A stretch of DNA of 64,000 bases from Ylistrum balloti (taxonomy: Eukaryota): NCBI RefSeq assembly GCF_031769215.1, contig NW_026782212.1, positions 620,001 through 684,000 of the forward strand. Direction: 5' to 3'. A program made the position numbers and the translations under genes. Below are positions 39,895-51,230 of this stretch, piece by piece. The notes under the pieces were generated by a model that was not told the origin of the DNA, did not search any database, and saw only the letters and a program-made list of their open reading frames with translations. Every line of letters starts with the position of its first letter. Position 1 is the stretch's first letter.

Positions 39895-40164
39895 ATATCA
39901 CTATCGAGTCCTGGAAGGACGAAACAACTATATGATGTAACATCACTGTCGAGTCCTGGAAGAACGAAACAGCTGTGTGATGTAGCATCACTGTCGAGTC
40001 CTGGAAGGGCGAAACAACTGTATTGATGTAGCATCACTGTCGAGTCCTGGAAGGGCGAAACAACTGCATGATGTAGCATCACTGTCGAGTCCTGGAAGGG
40101 CGAAACAACTGCATGATGTAGCATCACTGTCGAGTCCTGAAAGGACGAAACAACTGTATGATAT
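39895..40164 (+). ncRNA. tandem array of six 45-bp minimal type I hammerhead ribozyme-like motifs (core variant, probably inactive)
   Basis: Unit GCATCA-CTGTCGA-GTCC-TGGAA-GG(A/G)C-GAAAC-A(A/G)CT-GTA-TGATGT gives stem I 5', core, stem II, GAAA, stem III, NUH and stem I 3'. All units have A6U; cores start at 39901, 39946, 39991, 40037, 40082, 40127. Confidence 0.8.
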
Positions 40165-42227
40165 ATTAAATTCATTCAATGGCACTACAACACATTATTT
40201 TAATTTATATTTTCCAAATATGCTATTCAGTTGTGTGTCTTTTATACAAACTTGTATGTTTACAGTTCGTCTTTAAGACTAAGGTGTATGCATTATGCCA
40301 ACTTTTAACACGAAACTTTCATGTTTTGCTTTCCTAATGTTATCGAATTGTTATTTTTTTACAGTCTGTATTGTGTGTCCCCTTCTAAACCACTAAACTG
40401 CATGTGTTAAGCCTGAACAAGAACATGTATTAAACTATGAAAACTTAAAACGAAACAAAGTTTAAGAAAATTGGTAACTTAGTCTTTATACGTAAATATT
40501 TAAAATACAGTAGTGAATGAACAATCCGTACTAGCAAAATTCTTTAAACTTTTTATAAATATAACATTCACGCACTCAGTTCGATCGACCTAAGAGGTCT
40601 TGAGAAATAGCTTCTCTCTACAGCCAACAATTATTTCAATTTCTGTGGTTCCATTTAGGTAGCCATTTTTATAGTATGACAATGGCCTTTGTAACTTACG
40701 ATTGCAACTACTCGAAGACACCTCTTGGATAGTAATTAATCTGGTTTGCCAAACCATTCTGGGATATTTTAGCTTAGAGCAAGGCACTGATCAGCATTTG
40801 GGTGTCGTTAGCAGTCAATATCTCAAGGTATTACACGTGACCAAGTTATATTGATAGAGGCCAGGCCCTTGGCGGTAGTTTGGCCTTCATTTGGTGAGAT
40901 ATAGCCTGTTAATGAGAATATAATCAACAGTTTTATTACCAAAATAATCATGACTGTTATAGGAAAGTGCACCACTGACCAGAATAAAGAGACAACGTAC
41001 AGTAAAGATTTTGTACAAAAAGTATATGTGATGACAACTATTGCAACTAAGTCAGCCTCTTAGGAAAATCTGACACTGTACACGAAAACGACGCGTCAAC
41101 AAGGACCACAACACATTAATGATAGATTATTATCGGTTAAGATGACTATTCTAAGATAAACATTCATGTAAAGATACAAGGGTGATATATGAGAGACATG
41201 CAAACTGTTCAATTAACTAAACTATACACATGAGCATACATGAATCACTATACAAGTCATTAAATTACTGAAGATATTCATACATGCTTTAAGTAAAGAT
41301 ATCAAAAATAGTCATTTCAATACTTAAAAAAGATTCAAATCACGAAAATATTGTATCATACGAATCAATGAATCTGTGATGCACATTGATGTCAATGATA
41401 ATATTTCATTGTTAAGTTCTTGTCGAAACGCATTGATCTTTAGGGAAATTTAAACAAGATGGTTTTGAATCGATGCATAAAACTTGACAGAGTTTTCTAT
41501 GTGTGACAATTCTTCACTTTTATCAAACACAATTTTATCCGAATTCAAAAATGTTTTCTCGCAAACGTATACATGCTGTTTTCACGCATGGAGCCTAAGT
41601 AATTACAATATGCATATCTGAATGTGTTATAAGTGCTGTATAGGATACAAATTAATACGAAAAGATGAATAGTTACAATGTGTATGTTCTCATTTAAAGA
41701 AAATGAAAATGTTGTGCTTGGTGCGAGGAGGCGAGATCATACCCTAACATTCGACAATAAGCTCGAGAACTGGATATATTCATCATTCTTGCTCTTTATC
41801 CCATGTGAATTATAATGCGAACATGTTTGATGAAAAACAAAGTACATATTGCCCGAAATTTCCTGAAATGTGTATTAAACCTCGACTAATATTTTTTTTT
41901 TATCACAACTCGTCCCTTCGATATGTCAAAAAGAAAGACCAATATCAGAGAGGAGAAATTGACATTTCAATTCTTTTTTTTCTGCTCTGAATTAATGCTA
42001 AAAATAGCTACGCATTCGTTCAAGATTACCGTATTTCGATTAACTCAAACCCTCTTACTCTCAAAGCAAGCATTCAAGAAGACCTATTAAGCATTCTACA
42101 CCTCGAACAATGTACTTCTTAAATTAATATAACAATATTCGATCTTTAGGGGATTTATTTCAGGAGAAGTATTGCTATCTGAACGCATCTTATCATCGAT
42201 ACGTGGGATACCTATCTTTTGTAAACT

Positions 42228-42271
42228 GCGTCATACAGCTGTTTTGTCCTTCTAGGACTCGTCAGTGATAC
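42228..42271 (-). ncRNA. minimal type I hammerhead ribozyme motif, copy B (G12A lesion)
   Basis: Minus strand: GTATCA-CTGACGA-GTCC-TAGAA-GGAC-AAAAC-AGCT-GTA-TGACGC; palindromic helix III ACAGCTGT and GUA site. Confidence 0.82.
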
Positions 42272-42480
42272 TAAGGGACTGAAGTTTCAAAGTGTAGGAG
42301 GCGACCAAGGAAAATCCAAATTAATGGAAAGAAAAGTTAAAATTGCCATACACCGAGTTTATAACAGCGTCAAGTGCATGTGTATATTCGGATCCATTCG
42401 ACTATTGACATGAATGAAAACGTGGCGTGCAGGTTACGGCAAACCTCCGCTTAGTTATATCCAACAAGACACGATTAAGG
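42272..42480 (-). mobile_element. hammerhead-bearing repeat family, copy B, 5' body
   Basis: AAACGTGGCGTGCAGGTTACGGCA (42418-42441) matches 55634-55657 at 20/24; two other blocks match copy A. Confidence 0.72.
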
Positions 42481-42559
42481 TTTTTGATGGTCATAGCAAA
42501 GTGATTTTTAATTTAATGTAATCTGTAATCCGTTTTTTAATGTATCTATATTCTACAAA

Positions 42560-42710
42560 ATCAAGAAAATACCAACATGGCAACATTATCATAATTCAAA
42601 TATATAAAAAAAAAATTACTCGGAGACTCCTGAAGAAGAATAAGACCAGGTGTTCTGGAAGGGTAAGCGTCTTCCATTTCATCCACATCCGTCGTGTTAA
42701 CCAATCCGGC
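42560..42710 (-). mobile_element. Penelope-like family 3' non-coding module
   Basis: GAATAAGACCAGGTGTTCTGGAAGGGTAAGCGTCTTC..CATCCGTCGTGTTAA plus AAGAAAATACCAAC tail, shared with the 60090-60270 copy. Confidence 0.72.
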
Positions 42711-42729
42711 AAAATCATCCCGATTTAAT

Positions 42730-44135
42730 TCGCAACATTATTATCTTAATCCAATATATTCCCTTTTGATACTCCAAGAGATCCTGCTATCAGTTCCATT
42801 TTATCTTACACAGGTTCCCAATGTCATATTCTTTTCCTAATCAAAACAATTTCTCTTTTCAGCTTCGGTAAACACTGCAGTTTTCTTCGTTTGGATCTTG
42901 TTATTCCACTCTCACTTATCGAGTGGATCCTGCTGTATCATTCCAATGGATGTTGCCGTGTCTCTTCTGTGGATCCTCCTTCCTAATTCCAAACGAGATT
43001 ACCTTGTTTCTCTAGTGGGTCCTCCTTCCCAATTCCAAACGAGATTACCTTGTTTCTCTAGTGGGTCCTCCTTCCCAATTCCAAACGAGATTACCTTGTT
43101 TCTCTAGTGGGTCCTCCTTCCCAATTCCAAACGAGATTACCTTGTTTCTCTAGTGAGTCCTCCTTCCCAGTTCCAAACGAGATTACCTTGTTTCTCTAGT
43201 GGGTCCTCCTTCCTAATTCCAAACGAGATTACCTTGTTTCTCTAGTGGGTCCTCCTTCCCAATTCCAAACGAGATTACCTTGTTTCTCCAGTGGGTCCTC
43301 CTTCCAAATTCCAAACGAGATTACCTTGTTTCTCCCATGGATCCTTCTGTCAAATTCCAAACGAGATTACTTTGTTTCTCTAGTGGATCCTCCTTCCCAG
43401 TTCCAAACGAGATTACCTTGTTTCTCTAGTGGGTCCTCCTTCCCAATTCCAAACGAGATTACCTTGTTTCTCCCATGGATCCTTCTGTCAAATTCCAAAC
43501 GAGATTACCTTGTTTCTCTAATGGGTCCTCCTGTCAAATTCCAAACGAGATTGCTGTGTCTCTGCTGTGAATCCTCTGCCCAATTCGGATGAAGATTGCC
43601 GTGTTTCCCCTGCTGATCCCACCCGCCAAATTGCGATGGAGATTGCCTTGTCTCTCCTGTAGATCTGCCTGTCTAATTTCATTGGAGATTGCCTTGTCTC
43701 TATTGTAGATCTGCCTGTCTAATTTCATTGGAGATTGCCTTGTCTCTCCTGTAGATCTGCCTGTCTAATTTCATTGGAGATTGCCTTGTCTCTCCTGTGG
43801 ATCTGCCTGTCTAATTCCATTGGAGATTGCCTTGTCTCTCCTCTCTCCTGAGGATCTTCTTGTCCAATTCCGATTGAGATTGCCTTGTTTCCCCTGTATA
43901 TCCTCCTGTCCAATTCCGATTGAGATTGCCTTGTTTCCCCTGTATATCCTCCTGTCCAATTCCGATTGAGATTGCCTTGTTTCCCCTGTGGATCCTCCTG
44001 TCCAATTCCGATTGAGATTGCCTTGTTTCCCCTGTGGATCCTCCTGTCCAATTCCAATGGAGATTACCTTGTCTCTCCCTTGGATCCTCATTTCTAATTC
44101 CGAAAGGAGATTGCCTTGTCTCTCCTGTGGGATCA
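42730..44135. repeat. 46-bp minisatellite (~28 units) with three sequence domains
   Basis: AATTCCAAACGAGATTACCTTGTTTCTCTAGTGGGTCCTCCTTCCC (43031, 43077) grading into AATTCCGATTGAGATTGCCTTGTTTCCCCTGTATATCCTCCTGTCC (43866, 43912). Confidence 0.96.
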
Positions 44136-46994
44136 TATGCTAACTTGTAGCAGCTATCAGTCTGAAGACAAAAGAAAAAGGTCTACTATCAAGAAATTGG
44201 CATAAATAGGTATCGCACTGAAGTGATTCTCTCATTCCCTTTATAGGTTCATACTCTTTTTTTCTGTCATAAGGATTCGTTCGATAATTTCATTTGTCAC
44301 TCATATGCCCTACGCTTAATGAAACAGAACGATAACACAATCTTACTGGTGTATTGACACTGAAATAGATTGACGTCCTTCCCATGCTTCGCATAAAATA
44401 GTAAATATAAGAGTTGACAGACACTACTATTAACAATCCCTAGTGTCTGTTAGTATCATAAATCATCCATTCATCCTTGCTTCCTTCAGATATTTACCCA
44501 ATACGACATTGTCTGACCCGCCGTGGCTTGCACAGAATTGTCTTTTCTTTTAAGTTCAGCTTTAGATTAATTCGTTGAATGTAATTCAAGGAAAGTGATT
44601 GCTAAACTTTCTGTCTGGAGTAATCTGTCGACTCTCCCTTTGATAGTATTTGTCAGTACCGAAGAAAAAAGTAGAACAATGTTAAGGGTTACTGTAATTG
44701 GGACAGTATAATTTTTCATTACAACGTTTATCATGACATCGATAACCGGAGTCAAAATAAAACATAAATTGTACAGTATCGCATCGCTGACCTGTTTCGT
44801 CATTATAAGAGGTGTGAGTCGAGTCTTATATTAAACCTGAAAGGCGAATTCTTAAAATCAATATTGATGACAGGATGACTGAATCTAGATTAGAAGGTGT
44901 ATTAGTCTCAAAGTTAAAAAAAATCATAATTTTAAATATCGCGTGATGCAGCTGATCCTCAATTAGGTAAGTAAGCTTCGGCCCATTGCAATAACCATTG
45001 TCCAAATTCTTTTTCCATCCAATGTGTAGTAGCAATATCGGAAGGAACCATTCACACGATTGTTTATATAGTCACGTGCTGTTATAGGGACTCTTTCGCA
45101 ACACCTGGCCAGACATCATCGCGAGACAAAGGATCCCAAAGGAAATGACTGAAATAAATTACTAGGCGATAAGGGACTGTGAAGTTGAAAGATCTTCAAG
45201 TTAGTACCTATTTTAGTTACATGACGTCACAAGGCTATCAGACTGCAGAAAATCTACCACAGAGTGTAGTATTGTGATCGATTAAGGAAATAGATAATAC
45301 AATCTGTAGCTACAAATGTTCATCCTCTCAATTATTTTAAGAAGTCGATATTGTATTTTAAGGATAATTGAACTAATATAGACTTTTCGAGGATTTCTTA
45401 ACGTTTTACGTCGTTGTAGTATCAGTACAACATAAAAAAGGTATAGACAAAACAGACCATTTATCAGAATCAAGAGTCCTCTTAATATGCTTTAGAAAAA
45501 ATCTCTGCTTTTGTATCTCAGATATGGTTGGGGCAATACTGCAAAATAAAAACGGTAAGACTTGCTAAATTAGGTATCAGTTTACGAGGGAATTGGTGCT
45601 TATTTTTCCGCCTTTGACATGTATTTCGACAAAGGGAAGCAACACAATAGAAATATTTAAATTAATTCAAAGCCTCATTAAATTGAACATAGTTTTAAAC
45701 GTTATTCAAAATACAAAGAAATGATTTACTTCATGGCAGCTAACAAAACATGTCAACTTTTAGATGTAAGTACACGTTAGTGTGGACAAGTGAGAAAAAG
45801 TCGATATATTGCCACACTGTAGAGTGTATTTGTCGGTTAGATGAGCAGCAAAGAAAACACGATCATTTGTCACAACCCCGAGCCAAAACTGTCAAAAACA
45901 ATAACACATACTAGTAATATAGCAATGTCTTGTTTTTACTTTGTATATATTAAAGTTTGAATCGATATTTAACGGTTCGGAAATGGAATGTTAGAAACCG
46001 TTCTGCACTGCATGTAAGTTATAAATGTGTCTCATTCACTGAGTTTTATAACGCATCTGCATAAATATCATAACGTTTCCAAGTCATGTAGAGCATACAT
46101 ATTGCGCACTGCAAACATTTGTTTTCAGCATGTAATGGACATTAGTTTACTGTATTTAAAGTGGTAGATAAAATTACAACAATGATTGCCAAAAAGAAAT
46201 CTTAAGTTGTTCGGTTTTATTGACTTCTTAAGAAGTTTCATTCAATTTTGTTTACTTTATTATTTAATAAACCCAATAGAACACGACGTAATTAATAAAC
46301 GTTTTATATTAAGCTTACCATGTGTTATATAGTTTCATTGCGTAACAAAATAAACAAACAAAAAATTATGAATTAAGATTTTCACCATATATCATTTTGA
46401 AAAAGAGGTAATATGTGCATCTGTCATATAGATGTCTTTACCTTGTGTGTAGTTTATGAATTTTTCGTTTTTCTGACGTCAATGCATATTTTTCAATAAT
46501 CATTAAAAGACAGAAAGACTCTGTCTACATAAATAAAGTTACCAAGGAGAAACACAATCACTAGCGAAATACTTGTCGAATCATATTTCTCTTACGATAA
46601 TTGAATATTATCCATCCTACAGAGAAGCTAGTATTTAACATAAATTGCGTTTCACGTTATCTCTGTTGTCTAATTACACAAATAACAACATGGTCATGAC
46701 ATATATACTTGTGTGACGATAGATGTGGCAGCATTTTTGGCTTGACCTCCTCCCATCCCCTCTGCGCAAGAACTAGTTCGTTGATCCCCAATGATATGCC
46801 GACTAAGACAACATTGACCCGCATCAACGTCCATTATGAATAAATAACAATGACAGGAATTCACACGCTCTGTTGTCTGCCCTGGTTCGCATCACATCTA
46901 CTTGACAGGGAACCTTTTATGTACTTAAACAGCGGAAACAGACACCTGCGTTTTCTGCACTTTTTACAAAATAATTAAGCCCTGTAACTTTACT

Positions 46995-47270
46995 ATGTTA
47001 TATCCTACCACTTCACTTTTGCTATTTTGTCTCTCATGTTCCACATCAGTTATGTCACTTAATCTCTGTTGCGCTCTACCAGTTCACCTCTGTATTTTCT
47101 TCTCAAACGTTCCACACAAGTTAAGCTCTTCCAATTCATCTGTGTTGTATCCGGCCACCTCACTTCTGCTATTTTATCTCTCACGTTCCACTGCAATTAA
47201 GCTCTTTGAGTTCATCTGTTTGTTTCCTACCACTTCACTCTGTCATTTCCCCTTTCACGTTCCATAAAAA
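46995..47270. repeat. degenerate pyrimidine-rich repeat
   Basis: CCTACCACTTCACT..GCTATTTT.TCTCTCA.GTTCCAC recurs near 47003, 47155 and partly 47226. Confidence 0.55.
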
Positions 47271-50200
47271 TTAGCTCTGTTATACCTTGCATTGTCTCTT
47301 TGCATTTGCTATGTCTATCTTTCTGCCATTCCCTCACACTATGACCTCTTCTTTGGTGTCCGCCTTTAAATTTAAACTTGTAATTACGGTAAAGTTGTTT
47401 TGTTACTTATTTGTTTTTGAACGTCATTATCTAACTGATAACACTAAAGAAATACAACACATATGGATGGTTGATTAATGTATGTAATGCAGTAATGGAA
47501 TTTAATGGTTAATCTTCTTGTTACATATGTAAAATGCACATGATATTGATATCTTCTATTTTTCTCAAAAAATATTTAATTTTTTTCTGTAATTGTCAAT
47601 ATCACTTTTTTTCTTTCAGTTATATTGTTGACTAGTCCCATTAGTTTCATATTTTGACCAAAGTGCTTGTAAATATTTTTTGAAAGTTTGTCATACCAAT
47701 TTGCACCGAATACTATTTGTTTATTCCTCATGGGAGCCCCCTACACCGAGTAAGGCCGGCAAGACAGACCTCTTTAGAAGAATATTAAACCTATATTTGT
47801 AGCCGCTGGGAGCCACTTGTGTCATATATCCTTGTATATCTATGAATACTGGTCGGCAAATAGACCGATATGATATATGGGCTTGGTTTCCTTAGCAACA
47901 GTGATAGATCCTTGTATTAAAGCATTGATATTCTATTTAAGATTGTAACATCTTTTGCAATTAATACTATACATTACTTTAATTGTGCAAATGTAACTCG
48001 GTTTTGTATCCAGTACAAAAAACTAAATCTACACGGAAAAACATTCCTGAATTTTGAAACAACATAGTAAAGTGTACTTCAAATACATTTTTAAAAAATC
48101 TTTTGAACTCGTTTTCTAGTATTTTAATTCTTTATTTGAGGTTCTATTTGTGTAATGTGTTCATTGAAAGGAGCTATATTCTCTGGTTTCTACGCTCTTT
48201 AAGGACAATACTCTCGATACTCATTCATGATTTGGAAATATAGTCATTATATCTACAGGATTGATATTAGAAGATTACCATACAGAGCATGCCAAGCTCA
48301 TTAATATACAGACAGCCATCCATTATAGACAGTTAAGCATATGTGTTAGGCATTGTCATTTGGAGTTTTGATTTATTGCAGAATCAAAAACGGGGTAAGG
48401 TTCGTGATAAATTCTCCACAGAAGAATCGTTTTCATTGTCAAATACTATTGATTTAGTGTATATTGAGCGTTCTTTAATTTGATATCTTTCTGATCAATT
48501 TCTAAAAAGCCTTCCCATATTCTGAAAGATAAAACAAATCATTTGTGGAATGTATCGGAACTGTTAAATAATCTAATATACAACTGTACTACAGTTCTCC
48601 AAGGAAAGTCAATAATTCTATATTTATTTATGGAGTTTGCTCGGTAAGGCACATATACTAATTGACATATCAGATGACACAGTCGAGGTTTACAGCCAAG
48701 ACGAATATAGTAATGAATTCAAAGCCGTATGTATATACTGTACCTATATTGTATAAACTAATACACACTAATTTTTTTTTTACCATTTACTTGTCCAGAA
48801 ATTATTTAAATTATTTCAGTGACTTGTAAATACGTGTACAGATGTATTTAGATACGAGGATGGCATGCAAAATCATAATGTAAAGTAAAAGACCTTGGGA
48901 GTACTGAATGCAATTTGTATGCGACTGTAGCTAATTTGTTATTTGCATGGTGATATATTTGAAGGCAGCATTTTGATCTCCGCAGTAGCAGAGTAACATA
49001 AATGCATGTCGTTTTGCAAGGCCACTAATTACCGTGTCTACAGTAAGACCAATACTGTCTGACGCCGACAGTCATTTACAGGATCTCACGAGCAGCAAGT
49101 GGACGTGTTTTAACATTTCTATGGATAACGTACGTCTGTGGGAAAGTTAACGCACAGACGGAGGGAATATGAATAATATTAATGCAATTGCTCCGTACTT
49201 TTCTTGTAATCAACCATTTTGTGTTATTGTCTGGGGCTATGATAAACGGTTCACGATTTATTTTATTGGACGACAGTTTGGAAATGTCGAGTAGGTCTCT
49301 TGCTACATAGAATGGATTAGCTAGCAAGCATATGCCTTCTCTTTTCAATATATTTTCATGGCTTGTAAAGCTATACTTTGGCGTTTCCAGCCCAAGGTGT
49401 GTGCATGAATATTGAAGTTAATGTGGAATACTTCTAAGCCACTATACGTTATGAACAGAAAAGCAGATTAGGACAATAAAACTGTCAACATTCTGTCGCT
49501 CATATGTACAATATGGTGTAATTTGTTCGGGACGAAAATCAAATATCGTTGCCGTTTAGGCAGCAACTATATATGATACACACTTGGTTGTTAACCTTGC
49601 ACAACCTCGTGATCAAATTGAAAAAAAAAGAAGAAAAAAAGAGAAAGTCAAATCGGCTCAGTATCATTCTTGTAATATTCACCTTGGCAATAAACGTGTG
49701 ATGAATAATGTTCTATCCAATTGTACTATACAAACACAGTACCATCAACATGCCGACTTTGCAACCTGAACTAAATGTTACATTTCCTTTGCTCGTAAAT
49801 CTTTCTGAAAAACTCCATTTGTTGGCTACATAATGTTCATAGTTCGAGTGTTAACCTATTTCAGATAAGTAAGTGCTGTTGAATCAAAGTTGTTTGATAT
49901 AAAATATAGTTTCTCAGAACTGGGAAAATAGAGCAACGCTTTTCTGACAAATACTATCGATAATATCATAATTCTGAAAGCAGCGATGTAATTTGCACTT
50001 GAATAAATAACAGTATTTCTATGAGATTTATCATTATTATTATTTATTTGATATACAATATGACATAAAATATGTCAATAATACATATACAATAGGTTGT
50101 CTAAATCGAAAAATTTGTGTTGTGTATTCAGTCGTCAAACTATCGCTTATAACTGCAGTATCTCCAAGAGGGAACTTATTTGTTATTCTACAATGTATGT

Positions 50201-50309
50201 ATAGTCAGAGCAATACAAATTGATTTCTAGCTGTAGCTCTGTTTTTTCACACCTAGCTAAATTAATAACTTATACAAAAGATCAATTCTTTTCATTTACA
50301 GTTAAACTA

Positions 50310-51230
50310 TCGTTACATTGTCTTTGGTTGGGAATGAATTGGTAAGTATCTCCAACAAAATTAAATCCACATGGGAACCAAATGTGCACCGTGAATAGAA
50401 CGAATGTCATGACGAAGCTTGCTTTTTCAAGCAATGCAATTTGATGTTAACTGAAGGACATTTGTACGGTTGCCATAACAATTTTATTGTTTGATATCTT
50501 ATTCCCTGATGCTAAATCAAATTGTTTTCATACGAGACTGAATTTTCGAAGAGTTTATAGATACATATCACAAAGATCTTGCAAAGTCGTTTAATTTCAC
50601 TTCCAGATATATTGATAACGTCTTGTCTTTAAAATAACATTTTGATAACATTATTGACCGAGTCCATCCTATATACCCATCATAATTGGAAATCAAGCAC
50701 TCGAGACTCTTCTATATCAGCTGTTTATCTCAATTTTTCCTACAACGAAAACAATATGGACAGCTTTTCATTAAGCTATATGATAGGCGTGATGGTTTCA
50801 ATTTCCCTATTGTTAATTTTCCATTTCTTTATAACAATATTTCTTCATTTCAAGCCTATGGTGCCCACAATTCATTCGATATTGAAATGCTCCCATTTTC
50901 ACGATTTTTGTGCAAGATGCCATCAGTTGACTGACAAAACTTGTAACACAGAGATTTATTTTTAATTTCTGCATGTGATATGAAGCTGTACATGCCATGT
51001 TCTCATTAAAAATATGACTTGGATTGAGTGAGGTTTAAATGGCGGATGACGTCGATGAAACAGAAGATGCAAACTCTTCTGGAACACTTGGTCTTACTCT
51101 GCTCGTTCTTTCCCGAGGAACTCCATGTAAAACGTTTTTTAAGTATAATGCTTGGCCCTAGTTTTATCAAATTCTAGTTTGGATTATGATTATGTTGATA
51201 TTTTCTTGTTGCTATTGGCTCCGTTGCTAT
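50310..51230 (+). mobile_element. Penelope-like element (Naiad/Chlamys-type), RT core to 3' end, pseudogenised
   Basis: Ordered motifs: QQ..IHMGTKCAP (cf. GIPMGTNCAP, ~50353-50390); LFSYE; LAKSFNFTSRYIDNVLSL (cf. RYIDD, ~50578-50632); KLYDRRDGFNFPIVNFPFL..NI..FQAYG; FHDF..QLTDK; then the 3' module at 51045-51110. Confidence 0.88.

Noticed and set aside
34150-44135. Tandem arrays as possible CRISPR arrays or repetitive proteins (YHNTSV, TGETRQ, FQDSTV ORFs)
   Set aside because: Units abut with no unique spacers, no cas genes, eukaryotic context; the ORFs are by-products of repeat periodicity.
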